This document shows, piece by piece, positions 1-9,730 of a DNA stretch of 64,000 nucleotides. Position numbers and translations under genes: made by a program. Location of the stretch: NCBI GenBank assembly GCA_013333195.2, contig JABCPG020000023.1:7970-71969 (forward strand), in the 5' to 3' direction. Position 1 is the first letter of the stretch. Each line of letters opens with the position of its first letter. Under the pieces are notes generated by a model. That model had not been told where the DNA came from. It saw only the letters and a list, made by a program, of their open reading frames with translations, and did no database searches. This DNA is from Bacteroidia bacterium (GTDB taxonomy: Bacteria; Bacteroidota; Bacteroidia; Bacteroidales; CAJPTX01).

Positions 1-81
1 TTGACTACTGGGCCGCATCTTCACTTTGAAATCTGGGCGAATGGACGGCCTCTGAATCCAGAATCTTATATAAGCTTTTAG
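1..81 (+). CDS. C-terminal end of an M23/LytM-family metallopeptidase (5' part lies outside the window)
   Basis: Frame +1 reads LTTGPHLHFEIWANGRPLNPESYISF then stop. GPHLHFE...NG...NP is the C-terminal signature of M23 peptidases. Only 26 codons are visible. Confidence 0.55.
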   Translation: MTTGPHLHFEIWANGRPLNPESYISF

Positions 82-84
82 GGC

Positions 85-1251
85 ATGGGGAGTAAGAAGC
101 GAGTTGCTATACTCGGGTCGACTGGTTCAATCGGCCAGCAGGCCCTCGATGTGGTACGTCAGCATTCTGATCTTTTTGAGGTAGTTGCGTTAAGTGCAAA
201 TTCTCAGTGGCAAAAATTGGTTGCGCAGGCAATCGAGTTTAAACCGAAAACGGTGGTCATTGGTGATGTCGATTGCTACGAGAGCATGCGACAGGGTTTA
301 AGCGGCTCTTCGATAGAAGTTTATGTCGGTAACGATTCCTTGGGAGAGGTTGTAGCTGCGGATGGCGTGGATATCGTTTTAGTGCCAATTGTGGGATTTG
401 CGGGTTTCTTCCCAACGTTGCGAGCCATAGAAGCGGGGAAAATAATCGCTTTGGCCAATAAGCAGTCGCTAGTTGTTGCGGGTGATTTTCTCATTTCGCA
501 GAAGGCTAAATATAATGCCCGCATTATTCCAGTGGATTCGGAGCATTCCGCGATATTGCAATGCATGGCGGGGGAGCTTACCCTACCCGATAAATTAATT
601 ATTACGGCGTCGGGAGGTCCTTTCCGAGGCTACACGCCTGAGCAGTTGCGTTCGGTAACGCCTATGGAAGCTTTGGCGCATCCGACGTGGAGCATGGGTG
701 CAAAAATTACAGTAGATTCTGCAACGCTGATGAATAAAGGCTTCGAGGTTATTGAGGCGCATTGGCTTTTTGATATCCCCTACGATAGAATCGAGGTGGT
801 CGTGCATCCGCAGAGCGTCATACACTCGATGGTGCAATTTCAGGATGGAACGATTAAGGCCCAGCTTGGTCCGCATGATATGCGGCTGCCCATTCAATAT
901 GCCCTTTCTTACCCTTTCCGATTATCAACCACTGCGCAGCCGTATAAATTCGGCCCTGCGGAAGCCTTTACATTTGAGCAGCCCGATCTCGATTGCTTCC
1001 CTTGTCTGGCTTTAGCGCTCCAGGCTGGGCGTTCGGGAGGAAATGTACCCGCTGTACTAAATGCCGCCAATGAGGTGGCGGTGCGGGCCTTTCTTACGGA
1101 AGGGCTACCATTTACCGCTATACCCATCGTGATTGAACGAACGATAGATGCCGTTGAGTTCATTTCAAAGCCTCAGCTTGACGAGTACGTCCAGGCCGAT
1201 CAGGAAGCGCGCAAAATTGCAAAATGGTTCGTAGATAAGTTGAAATCGTAA
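85..1251 (+). CDS. dxr: 1-deoxy-D-xylulose-5-phosphate reductoisomerase
   Basis: 388 aa. N-terminal NADPH-binding ILGSTGSIGQQALDV, plus NKQSLV, DSEHSAI and HPTWSMGAKITVDSATLMNKG motifs typical of Dxr. Confidence 0.95.
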   Translation: MGSKKRVAILGSTGSIGQQALDVVRQHSDLFEVVALSANSQWQKLVAQAIEFKPKTVVIGDVDCYESMRQGLSGSSIEVYVGNDSLGEVVAADGVDIVLVPIVGFAGFFPTLRAIEAGKIIALANKQSLVVAGDFLISQKAKYNARIIPVDSEHSAILQCMAGELTLPDKLIITASGGPFRGYTPEQLRSVTPMEALAHPTWSMGAKITVDSATLMNKGFEVIEAHWLFDIPYDRIEVVVHPQSVIHSMVQFQDGTIKAQLGPHDMRLPIQYALSYPFRLSTTAQPYKFGPAEAFTFEQPDLDCFPCLALALQAGRSGGNVPAVLNAANEVAVRAFLTEGLPFTAIPIVIERTIDAVEFISKPQLDEYVQADQEARKIAKWFVDKLKS

Positions 1252-1263
1252 CCAATTCTGACC

Positions 1264-2583
1264 ATGGTCATTTTGATAAAGGTCGTACAGTTTTTACTTA
1301 GCCTGCTGATTCTTATTGTCTTGCATGAGCTGGGGCATTTCTCGATGGCGAAGCTTTTCGGTGTGAGGGTGGACAAGTTCTACGTCTTTTTCAATCCGGG
1401 CTTTTCACTGTGGAAAAAGAAGATAGGTAAAACGGTGTATGGGCTTGGGTGGTTGCCGCTGGGGGGATATGTGAAAATCGGAGGGATGGTGGATGAGTCG
1501 ATGGACCACGAGCAGTTGAAACGCCCTGCTGCCCCTGACGATTTCAGAGTAAAACCGGCGTGGCAGCGCTTGTTGATTATGAGCGGTGGTGTTCTTGTGA
1601 ATCTGCTTCTAGCGTGGGTGATTTACAGCGCGCTTCTTTTTACGCATGGCATGAAGTATATTGCTACAGACGACATCACGTACGGGATTGCCGCCGATTC
1701 GCTTGGCACCGAAATCGGTTTTAGAAGCGGGGATAGGGTTCTGTACGTGAATGGTAAGTCGTATGCGGATTACAATGAAATGCTCTCCGAAATGCTACTA
1801 GAGCCCGACGCGGTGGTAACGGTTTCTCGTCAAGATTCGCTGGTTAATGTTCCCATCCAGCGGGAGTACTTGGAAACGTTGCTTTCGGGAGTTCCCCCTT
1901 TTACCGTACGAATGCCGATGGTTGTTGCTGGGGTCATCCCGGGGTCAGCGGCTGAGGGGGCGGGTTTTCAGGTGGGTGATAGTTTGGTTGCGCTTGGCGG
2001 GAAGAGGGCCACGTTCTTCGACGAGTTCCGGGACTTCGTCCGAAGTAGAGTTGGTGATACGGTAAGCGTGGTGGTTGCGCGTGCCGGTTCGTTCGACACG
2101 CTGAGGGTTGGCGTGCCTGGGAGCGGCACAGTGGGGGTGCAGGCTGACGCTGATTTCTCCCGCTTCTTCAGCGTGCGAACGCGTACGTTCGGGCTATTGC
2201 AGTCCATTGGGATGGGTGCCAGTATGGGGTTTGAGCGGGTGGTGGGCTATTGTAAATCGTTGAAGATGCTATTTATCCCGGAGGCGAAGGCCCACAAGTC
2301 TTTAGGAGGATTCATTAGCATCGCAAAAATGTTTCCTGGCGAGTGGGACTGGGCGTTCTTTTGGAATTTCACGGCGTTTCTTTCCATTATCCTCGCCGTG
2401 ATGAATTTCTTGCCTATCCCCGGGCTAGATGGGGGACATGTTATGTTTTTGCTCTATGAGGTGGTCACCGGTCGTAAACCCAGCGAAAGATTCCTCACAG
2501 TGGCTATAATGTTCGGCATGGCCCTTTTGCTCATATTGGTGCTATACGCCAATTTGAATGATGTTTTCAAGCTGTTCCATTGA
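1264..2583 (+). CDS. rseP: RIP (site-2) zinc metalloprotease RseP
   Basis: 439 aa. HELGH zinc motif in the first TM helix, central PDZ-like region, C-terminal NFLPIPGLDGGH motif. Conserved dxr-rseP synteny. Confidence 0.9.
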   Translation: MVILIKVVQFLLSLLILIVLHELGHFSMAKLFGVRVDKFYVFFNPGFSLWKKKIGKTVYGLGWLPLGGYVKIGGMVDESMDHEQLKRPAAPDDFRVKPAWQRLLIMSGGVLVNLLLAWVIYSALLFTHGMKYIATDDITYGIAADSLGTEIGFRSGDRVLYVNGKSYADYNEMLSEMLLEPDAVVTVSRQDSLVNVPIQREYLETLLSGVPPFTVRMPMVVAGVIPGSAAEGAGFQVGDSLVALGGKRATFFDEFRDFVRSRVGDTVSVVVARAGSFDTLRVGVPGSGTVGVQADADFSRFFSVRTRTFGLLQSIGMGASMGFERVVGYCKSLKMLFIPEAKAHKSLGGFISIAKMFPGEWDWAFFWNFTAFLSIILAVMNFLPIPGLDGGHVMFLLYEVVTGRKPSERFLTVAIMFGMALLLILVLYANLNDVFKLFH

Positions 2584-3827
2584 TGGGGGTGCGCGTAAAT
2601 TTGGCTTTTGCGTGCGTCGCTGTTTTTACCCTTTTGCCCTCTGCGTATGGGCAGGGCAAAGGGGGGCTGGCGGGGAATGCGCCGGTTGATTCCGTGGTGT
2701 ACCATGAGATTGATGCACCGCTTGAGCGGCTTTCCTCGCTAGGTTTCCTTCTGGGGGATTATGTGGCCGTGCCTGAGGATAGCACTACCTTACGCCCCGA
2801 CCTCGTGTATGAGTATCGCATCGCGCAGCTTAATCAGCGGTCTGTCATTCCGTTGTCCTTTCATCCGCTTGTGCGTAAGTACATCAGGATCTATACTGTC
2901 GAGCGGCGAGGGCAGGTGGCGATTATGTGCGGGTTATCCAAGCTTTACTTCCCCATCTTTGAAGAGCTTCTGGACCGCTACAGATTGCCACTTGAGCTGG
3001 TTTACTTGGCGGCGGTGGAATCCGCGCTTAACCCCCTCGCGGTTTCTAAAAGCGGTGCGGTTGGCCTCTGGCAGTTCAAGCTGAATACGGGCAAGATGCT
3101 AAATCTCCACGTGGATAATTTCGTTGACGACCGTATGGACCCTGTCCGCTCCACTGAGGCAGCCTGTTCGTACCTCGAGTATTTACACCGTCTATTTGAT
3201 GATTGGCTACTTGCGCTAGCCGCGTACAACGCTGGCCCGGGCGCCGTGCAGCGTGCCTTGCTGCGCGCGGGAGGAAAAAAGGATTTTTGGGACCTTTTGC
3301 CCTACTTGCCCGAGGCTGCCCAAAATTATGTACCGGCATTCATCGCGGCGGTCTACGTGTTCCATTTCGCGCCGGAGCACGGTATCAAACCCCAATCGCC
3401 GCGTATCGACTATAAGCTCCTCGATACGGTGTGTTTACGCGATGCGGTTTCTTTCGAAGCGGTGTCTCGGTGGGTAGGTACTCCCATGGAGATTCTTCAC
3501 TTCTTAAACCCTCGGTATAGACAGGGGTACGTTCCCTTTTCGCAGGACACGCTGCAGTGCTTGCTGCTGCCGAGGAAGGACATCCCGCTCTTCATCGAAA
3601 ATGAAAGGCGGATATACGCCCAAAGCTATCGGGTTGTTCAATCGCCCTATCCCTACGCGCTTTCAAAGGGGAAACGCCGCGTGGAGCACGTGGTGAAACG
3701 TGGTGAGTACCTGCATAAAATCGCTTTGCAGTACGGCTGCACGGTGGATGAACTGCGGCGTTGGAATGGCGACCGTGTAACCCTACAACCCGGCGAGCGG
3801 CTCGAGATTTGGGTGGACGTTCCCTAG
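2583..3827 (+). CDS. Membrane-bound lytic murein transglycosylase (MltD-like) with C-terminal LysM domain
   Basis: Signal peptide, SLT catalytic region (AAVESALNPLAVSKSGAVGLWQF, AAYNAGPG) and a LysM repeat (HVVKRGEYLHKIALQYGCTVDELRRWNG). The ATG at 2583 overlaps the rseP TGA by 1 nt. Confidence 0.85.
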   Translation: MGVRVNLAFACVAVFTLLPSAYGQGKGGLAGNAPVDSVVYHEIDAPLERLSSLGFLLGDYVAVPEDSTTLRPDLVYEYRIAQLNQRSVIPLSFHPLVRKYIRIYTVERRGQVAIMCGLSKLYFPIFEELLDRYRLPLELVYLAAVESALNPLAVSKSGAVGLWQFKLNTGKMLNLHVDNFVDDRMDPVRSTEAACSYLEYLHRLFDDWLLALAAYNAGPGAVQRALLRAGGKKDFWDLLPYLPEAAQNYVPAFIAAVYVFHFAPEHGIKPQSPRIDYKLLDTVCLRDAVSFEAVSRWVGTPMEILHFLNPRYRQGYVPFSQDTLQCLLLPRKDIPLFIENERRIYAQSYRVVQSPYPYALSKGKRRVEHVVKRGEYLHKIALQYGCTVDELRRWNGDRVTLQPGERLEIWVDVP

Positions 3828-3990
3828 CCGTTCTGCCTGAGAAAAGAGGCGTTTTGCACTCGCGTGTAGAGTAGACAGCCTGTCAGTTTGCTCCTGTCGG
3901 GTTTCTCTTCTTTTGTGCGCACAGGTTGCAGGTGGTCGCAGCCTGCCGCTAATTTTTCCTGTTGTCGTTGCGATACTCCTTCTAGTTCTA

Positions 3991-4013
3991 GGCGTGCCCT
4001 TTACAGGCACGCC
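3991..4013 (-). terminator. Possible hairpin terminator just downstream of the MCP gene
   Basis: ggcgtgcc / ctttaca / ggcacgcc gives an 8-bp perfect stem 7 nt past the MCP stop. There is no clear U-tract, so this is tentative. Confidence 0.35.
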
Positions 4014-4019
4014 CATCGG

Positions 4020-5135
4020 CTAGCTGAGGCGGTGGCGGGCCACATCCGCTCGCATCTCTGCCGCCATCATCGCGAGCGAATCTGCCGATGCGCTCAGCTC
4101 CGCTGCGGAGCTAGAATTCTCGTTGGTAATCTGAACCAGCTGGTTGAGCGCAGAGTTAATCTGCTCCGTGCCGGATTGCTGCTCCTGGCTGGCCGAGGCG
4201 ATTTCCTGAATTATATTGCTGATCTTCTTGATGTTTGGTATGGAGGCGCTTAGCGCCTCTCCCATACTTTTTACCGCGCTGATGCTTTGCGCTGACAGAT
4301 CCCCAATCGCTTGGGCAGATTGCGCGCTCAGATCGGCTAAGCGTCGTACCTCCGCGGCCACCACGGCGAATCCTCGCCCATGCTCGCCGGCCCTTGCGGC
4401 CTCAATGGCTGCGTTGATGGCAAGAATATTTGTCTTCTGCGCGATATCGCCCACCACCCCGATCTTCTCCTCAATTTCTTTCATTGAGCTAGCCGTGCGG
4501 TCGAATTCTTTGTCCACCTGTTTTACTTCCTTATCTACCTGCGAGCTTACCAGCGCGCCCTCGCGGGCATTATCGAGGTTCTGTATGATGTTAGCTGTCA
4601 TCTCCTCCATTGAGGCGGATATCTCCTCGGCCGAAGCCGCCTGGGTCGAGGCTCTAGAGCTGATGTTGCCCGCTTGCGCTTTGAAATGTTCGCTGGCATC
4701 GACTATTTTTTCTCCGACCTGGGTGGTCAAAGAGACGCTCGTACGCATGCTCTCTACCATTTTCTCGAGGTTGGTGGCGAGCATGCCGAGTTCGTCGCGC
4801 CGCGTTTGTAGTTTTCCGTCCACATGTTCTGAAAGGTCTCCTTCAGCGATTTTGCCCATCATGGAAGCGATTTTGCGTACGCCTCCCTGGATGGATCGCT
4901 GTATGTAGAGCATGCCCAGAATGCCTCCTCCCCCAACAATGCCCATCCCTGTAAGGTAAAAAAAGATTCCATACTGCGGGGTAAGAAAGCAGACGATGCC
5001 TATTCCTGTACCAATGGCGATAATGGCGTAGCAGATCGTGCGCATGAAGCTGTTCTTGAATATCAAGGTGATGATGAGCGATACGGCGATGATTACAAAA
5101 CCGAGTGCGATCAAAAATTGCGTTGTTAATGACAT
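4020..5135 (-). CDS. Methyl-accepting chemotaxis protein (TM bundle + HAMP + MCP signalling domain)
   Basis: Conserved hairpin-tip region [41 protein letters not shown]-like [19 protein letters not shown]...[17 protein letters not shown]. Three N-terminal hydrophobic helices. Start chosen at MSLTTQF (5135); the ORF track extends to 5207. Confidence 0.85.
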   Translation of the reverse strand: MSLTTQFLIALGFVIIAVSLIITLIFKNSFMRTICYAIIAIGTGIGIVCFLTPQYGIFFYLTGMGIVGGGGILGMLYIQRSIQGGVRKIASMMGKIAEGDLSEHVDGKLQTRRDELGMLATNLEKMVESMRTSVSLTTQVGEKIVDASEHFKAQAGNISSRASTQAASAEEISASMEEMTANIIQNLDNAREGALVSSQVDKEVKQVDKEFDRTASSMKEIEEKIGVVGDIAQKTNILAINAAIEAARAGEHGRGFAVVAAEVRRLADLSAQSAQAIGDLSAQSISAVKSMGEALSASIPNIKKISNIIQEIASASQEQQSGTEQINSALNQLVQITNENSSSAAELSASADSLAMMAAEMRADVARHRLS

Positions 5136-5475
5136 AACTAAACGATTTAAGAATTTAAAAGCGTGCCAAATGGCGGGAAGCCTCACTGCCTCACTACGGC
5201 GATGCAAAAAGCAATGTTACACGAAAAAGAAAATTTGATGGGGAAGGCGCATGGCGTAGGGGAAAAAATGTGGGTCGGGTTCGAGGAGTGTATCAGTTCA
5301 TCGCGTGGCGTTGCGTCGGTGCGGATGTGCTACATCTATATATGTGGGGAGGATGTAGGCTGTGAAGGGTGGGCGGTTGCGCGTTGCTGATTCAGCCCCT
5401 GCGGTGAGACGTACTCCATTCGCATATGGTTCGTACCAAACTCGGTTATTGAACGGCAATAATTGGGTTTGATCC

Positions 5476-5508
5476 GAATTTGGTGCGAATTTGGTGCGAA
5501 TTTGGTGC
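5476..5508. repeat. Three perfect head-to-tail copies of an 11-bp unit (gaatttggtgc)
   Basis: Read directly from the sequence: gaatttggtgc gaatttggtgc gaatttggtgc. It lies in the divergent MCP/aspS intergenic region. Confidence 0.9.
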
Positions 5509-5596
5509 GGCCTCCTCCCGTTGCGCGATTCGCTCTTTTGCCGTTTTTTCATTCTTTCGATGTGCGCAGCTACGCGTGGTTTTGGGGAATATTGGG

Positions 5597-5604
5597 TAAC
5601 TTTG
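5597..5604 (+). promoter_or_regulatory. Bacteroidetes-type -7 promoter box TAACTTTG upstream of aspS
   Basis: Perfect match to the TAnnTTTG consensus, 39 nt upstream of the aspS ATG. Confidence 0.5.
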
Positions 5605-5642
5605 CGGTGGTAAAAGGATGTGGTTAAAAAAGGTAGCGACAT

Positions 5643-7400
5643 ATGTTTCGAAGTGATACGTGCGGGGCGTTGAGGCTTGCTGATGTGGGGCGAGAGGTTG
5701 TGCTGTGCGGTTGGGTTGCTAGAGTACGGCGGTTAGGGAGCTTGCTTTTCGTGGATCTGCGCGACCGTTATGGCATAACGCAGTTGGCGGTGGATGAGGA
5801 TAGCCCGGAGTTGCTGGCGCTGTGCGAGTCGTTGGGCCGTGAGTTTGTGGTGCAGGCGCATGGTGTCGTGCGTGAGCGGGAGAGCAAGAATGGCAAGCTC
5901 CCGACGGGCGATATTGAGATTGCCTTAACGAGGCTTAGAGTCCTCAACGCGAGCGAAACGCCCCCATTTACCATTGAGGCGGAGACCGACGGGGGCAACG
6001 AGCTGCGTATGCGCTACCGTTACCTTGACATTCGGCGGGAGCCGGTGCGAAAGGCGCTTGAGCTGCGCCATCGCCTCGCCCAGGCTGTGCGCCAGTACCT
6101 GAATGGTAAGGATTTCCTTGAGATTGAAACCCCCTTCCTTATCAAGTCTACGCCTGAAGGGGCGCGCGATTTCGTGGTGCCTTCCCGCGTTCATCAGGGG
6201 GAATTCTACGCCTTACCGCAATCGCCGCAGACGTTTAAGCAGCTGCTGATGGTGGCGGGTATAGATCGCTACTACCAAATTGTGCGCTGCTTTCGCGATG
6301 AGGACTTACGCGCGGATAGGCAGCCGGAGTTCACGCAGATTGACTGTGAGATGTCTTTCGTTGAGCGCAACGATGTGTTGGAGCTATTTGAGGGCATGAT
6401 GCGCCATCTTTTTAGGGAGGTGCTAGGGGTGGAGTTCGATGGGATTCCAAGGATGGAATACGAAGAGGCGATGTCTCGCTACGGGAGCGACAAGCCGGAC
6501 CTACGCGTGGGGATGGAAATCCACGATCTGACCGATTCCGCGCGTGCCACCGGCTTCCATGTGATCGATGGGGCGGCGTACGTGGGCGCGATCTGCGTGC
6601 CGGGTATGGCTGTCTATACGCGTAAGCAGCTCGATTCGTTGGTGGACTACGTGAAGCGCCCGCAAATCGGTGCGCAAGGGTTGCTCTACATCCGTTGCCT
6701 GGAGAACGATGTATTCAAGTCTTCGGCAGATAAGTTTTTGTCGCAAGATGAGCAGAGGCGGCTGTGCGGGGTGCTGGGGGCGCAGGAGGGCGACCTCGTG
6801 CTGATGATGACCGGCGAGAGGGCAGCCACGAGGCGCGCTTTGGGTACGCTCCGGCTGGAGGTGGCGAGGCGCGAGGGGTGGCTTAACCCGATGGAGTTTA
6901 AACCCCTTTGGGTGGTTGATTTCCCTCTTTTTGAGTGGAGCGAGGAGGATAAAAGGTTCTACGCTATGCACCATCCCTTCACGGCGCCCAAGCCGACCGA
7001 TGAGGAACTTTTTGAGCGCGACCCTGGGGCTATGCATGCCGATGCGTACGATTTTGTGGTGAATGGCACCGAGGTGGGGGGGGGATCCATCAGAATCCAC
7101 GATCGCGCGGTGCAGCAGCGCATGTTTAGCGTTTTAGGTTTTACGCCCGAGGCGGCGGAGGAGCAATTCGGTTTTCTGATGAATGCATTCCGCTACGGCG
7201 CGCCGCCGCATGGAGGTATTGCTTTCGGTTTTGATCGGCTTTGCTCTCTCTTTGGGGGGAGCGATTCGATACGCGATTACATTGCCTTCCCAAAGAATAA
7301 CGCTGGGCGCGACGTTATGATTGATAGCCCCTCGGGCATTAGCCCGATTCAGCTCGAGGAGCTGGGTTTAGTGGTACATTCGCATGGGCGATGCGAATAG
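5643..7400 (+). CDS. aspS: Aspartate--tRNA ligase
   Basis: 585 aa. N-terminal OB-fold anticodon-binding domain and class II motifs ([35 protein letters not shown]). Confidence 0.95.
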   Translation: MFRSDTCGALRLADVGREVVLCGWVARVRRLGSLLFVDLRDRYGITQLAVDEDSPELLALCESLGREFVVQAHGVVRERESKNGKLPTGDIEIALTRLRVLNASETPPFTIEAETDGGNELRMRYRYLDIRREPVRKALELRHRLAQAVRQYLNGKDFLEIETPFLIKSTPEGARDFVVPSRVHQGEFYALPQSPQTFKQLLMVAGIDRYYQIVRCFRDEDLRADRQPEFTQIDCEMSFVERNDVLELFEGMMRHLFREVLGVEFDGIPRMEYEEAMSRYGSDKPDLRVGMEIHDLTDSARATGFHVIDGAAYVGAICVPGMAVYTRKQLDSLVDYVKRPQIGAQGLLYIRCLENDVFKSSADKFLSQDEQRRLCGVLGAQEGDLVLMMTGERAATRRALGTLRLEVARREGWLNPMEFKPLWVVDFPLFEWSEEDKRFYAMHHPFTAPKPTDEELFERDPGAMHADAYDFVVNGTEVGGGSIRIHDRAVQQRMFSVLGFTPEAAEEQFGFLMNAFRYGAPPHGGIAFGFDRLCSLFGGSDSIRDYIAFPKNNAGRDVMIDSPSGISPIQLEELGLVVHSHGRCE

Positions 7401-8653
7401 TGATATTTACGGATCGCTATCCTTACGGTAGGAGTGAAGAGGCCTTTGTTGCCAATGAGGTAGAATACCTCGCGACGCATCGAGGGGAAGATGCGGTGGT
7501 GGTGGTGCCGTTAAAGGGCGGGGGGCATTGCCGTGCCGTTCCGCGCGGCGTAGAGGTGGCAGAGCCGTTGATTCGCGGGGTGAGGGGTTGGCGCGGCGCG
7601 CTTGCGCTGGGATGCCTGCCGCTTCGCGGTGCTTTCTGGCATTTCTGGGGCGAAACGCTACGATGCGTGGCGCGTGGGTCTAAGTTGTCGCGAACGTGGT
7701 TTAGCCGCTACGTGGCCGGTGAGCTTGTGGCGAATTACGCCGGGGCGGAGATGCGCAGGCGGGCGGAGGGGGTGTTGTACTCCTACTGGATGTCGTACGG
7801 AGCATTGGGGGTGGCGCTGGCGAGGTCGCGGCATCTGCGCGGTGGGCGTTGGCGTTGCGTGAGCCGAGCGCATGGGTATGATATTCGGGATGGGGCGGGG
7901 GGGATCCCGCTGCGGGGCTTCACGTGGCGTTGGGTCGATGCTGTTTTTCCTGTTTCTTACGCGGGAGCCTCGGCGTTGCTGGCCGAGCGCGGAGCGTTGC
8001 GCACGAAGGTGCGTGTTTCTTACCTGGGGGTGTATGGCCTCGTGCGGCCCTGCCCCATTAACGTTGAGAGAGAGCGGGTGCTCTTCGTGAGCTGTTCGAG
8101 TGTGAGAGCGGTCAAACGGTTAGATTTGATGCTACGTCTAATCGCGGCGTTCGCTAGGGCCAATGGGGGGGTGCGGGTTGCATGGGTGCATTTTGGTGGG
8201 GGAGAGCTGCTTTCCAGCGTACAGGCGATGGCCTTGCTGGAGCAGGGCGAGCATTCCAATCTGCTCGTGGATTGGCGCGGGGAGATGACGAATGCGGAGG
8301 TACTTTGTGCTTACGAAAATTTAGGAGGGGCTATATTCTTGAATACTAGCGAGAGTGAGGGTTTGCCCGTGTCTATTATGGAAGCGCTTTCGGCAGGATT
8401 TCCTGCGGTGGCCACCAATGTGGGTGGCACCTCCGAGGCGGTGGTGGAAGGGGCGGGAGAGTTGCTCGGAGCGGAGCCGGGACAGGATGAATTTATCGAT
8501 GCGGTCAATAGGGTGCGAACGGACTACGCGACGTATGCCAGATGCGCGAGGGGGGTATTTGAGAAGCGTTTCGATGCGGAAAGGAACTATGAAAGGTTCT
8601 ACGGTTTGATAGTCGATGGGGATTTGCGCGGAGGGGCAGACCGCCGAGGATAG
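7391..8653 (+). CDS. Glycosyltransferase, GT4-like (GT-B fold)
   Basis: C-terminal E-x7-E type region [32 protein letters not shown]. Overlaps the aspS stop by 10 nt. Confidence 0.75.
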   Translation: MRIVIFTDRYPYGRSEEAFVANEVEYLATHRGEDAVVVVPLKGGGHCRAVPRGVEVAEPLIRGVRGWRGALALGCLPLRGAFWHFWGETLRCVARGSKLSRTWFSRYVAGELVANYAGAEMRRRAEGVLYSYWMSYGALGVALARSRHLRGGRWRCVSRAHGYDIRDGAGGIPLRGFTWRWVDAVFPVSYAGASALLAERGALRTKVRVSYLGVYGLVRPCPINVERERVLFVSCSSVRAVKRLDLMLRLIAAFARANGGVRVAWVHFGGGELLSSVQAMALLEQGEHSNLLVDWRGEMTNAEVLCAYENLGGAIFLNTSESEGLPVSIMEALSAGFPAVATNVGGTSEAVVEGAGELLGAEPGQDEFIDAVNRVRTDYATYARCARGVFEKRFDAERNYERFYGLIVDGDLRGGADRRG

Positions 8654-8796
8654 AGGCGCCGATTTCGCGGAGTGGCAGTGGGTTGCTGCGCGCGTCGGCA
8701 TGGGTGAGATGCGCTCTCGGGTGGCTGGGTAACTTAGAATCTGTATGTTTTCGTTGTAATGACTCTTAACAGGAGTTCACTTTCCGTTCAATGCGC

Positions 8797-8804
8797 TAAC
8801 TTTG
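8797..8804 (+). promoter_or_regulatory. -7 promoter box TAACTTTG upstream of the nfnA-like gene
   Basis: Perfect TAnnTTTG, 50 nt upstream of the ATG at 8854. Confidence 0.5.
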
Positions 8805-8853
8805 CGTGGCGATGCGGTGAGGGGTGAGGGGGAAACAACCAAAGCCTAGGAGT

Positions 8854-9714
8854 ATGTTTAAGATAGTACGCAGAATAGATCTCGCGCCGAACATAGTGCG
8901 GATGGATCTTGCGGCGCGGCGTGTGGCCGAATCGGCCCAGCCGGGACAGTTTGTTATTGTGCGTGTAGACGATAGGGGCGAGAGGATTCCATTAACGATT
9001 GCGGATTACGATGAGGAACTCGGCACAGTGAGCATCGTGACGCAAACCATAGGCGTGAGCACGAGGAAGCTCTGCGCGCTGCAGGAAGGGGACTCTGTGA
9101 TGGATTTTGTTGGTCCGCTTGGCTGCCCTTCCGATCTTGTAGGGCTCTCCGATGCGGAGCTGGCGAAGAAAAGGGTGATATTTGTCGGGGGAGGGGTCGG
9201 CGCGGCGCCCGTTTATCCACAGGTGAAGTATTTGGCGAAGCGGGGTTTTAAGCCGGACGTAATCATAGGCGCAAAGACCAAGGCGATAGAGATTATGCGT
9301 GAAGGTCTTGAGGAATACAGCGCGAACTACTATCAAGCGACAGACGATGGGAGCGATGGTTTCCATGGCATGGTGACGGATTGCCTTAAGGATTTAGTGG
9401 TGAATCGGGGTAAAGAGTACAACCATTGCGTGACGATAGGGCCGATGATTATGATGAAGTTTGTGGCTCTGGTGACTAAGGAGTTGGGTATTCCCACGGT
9501 GGCGAGTCTCAACACGCTAATGGTGGATGGCACGGGGATGTGCGGGGCTTGTCGGGTGACGGTAGGCGGCAAAACGCGTTTTACTTGCGTTGAGGGGCCA
9601 GAATTCGATGCGCATGCGGTTGATTTTGCGGAGGCGATGCGTCGACAGGGCATGTACAAAACGATTGAGAAAGCGCATTTGGATGCGTACAATGCGGAGT
9701 GCAAATTAGGTTAA
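8854..9714 (+). CDS. FAD/NAD(P)-binding, 2Fe-2S electron-transfer subunit (NfnA / PyrK-like; sulfide dehydrogenase-like small subunit)
   Basis: Ferredoxin-reductase-type fold (PGQFVIVR, GGGVGAAPV) and a C-terminal cluster motif GTGMCGACRV...FTCVEGPEF. Start set at MFKIVRR; the ORF track starts at a GTG at 8824. Confidence 0.8.
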   Translation: MFKIVRRIDLAPNIVRMDLAARRVAESAQPGQFVIVRVDDRGERIPLTIADYDEELGTVSIVTQTIGVSTRKLCALQEGDSVMDFVGPLGCPSDLVGLSDAELAKKRVIFVGGGVGAAPVYPQVKYLAKRGFKPDVIIGAKTKAIEIMREGLEEYSANYYQATDDGSDGFHGMVTDCLKDLVVNRGKEYNHCVTIGPMIMMKFVALVTKELGIPTVASLNTLMVDGTGMCGACRVTVGGKTRFTCVEGPEFDAHAVDFAEAMRRQGMYKTIEKAHLDAYNAECKLG

Positions 9715-9730
9715 AAAGAGGTAGAGAGAG

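Noticed and set aside
4216-4908. 230-aa plus-strand ORF antisense to the MCP gene. Similar long shadow ORFs occur at 6501-7100 (antisense aspS), 10414-11097 (antisense nfnB-like), 15550-16023 (antisense NSS transporter) and 18771-19283 (antisense feoB).
   Set aside because: All lie fully inside genes with strong family motifs on the opposite strand. Their translations are Ser/Ala/Arg/Pro-rich with no motifs. Long antisense frames free of stops are expected in GC-rich coding DNA.
5298-5642. 114-aa minus-strand ORF covering the aspS upstream region and the 11-bp repeats.
   Set aside because: It runs through the aspS promoter box and the tandem repeat. The repeat would translate to an odd repetitive peptide, and there are no motifs. 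It is judged non-coding.
7076-7084. Nine-G homopolymer inside aspS (also 7-G runs at 7897-7903 and ~8166-8172 in the GT4 gene, and an 8-A run at 51254-51261) as possible phase-variation tracts.
   Set aside because: The 9-G run encodes the conserved GGGS of the class II active site in an essential gene. The others are short and not at positions typical of contingency loci. There is no supporting evidence of variability.
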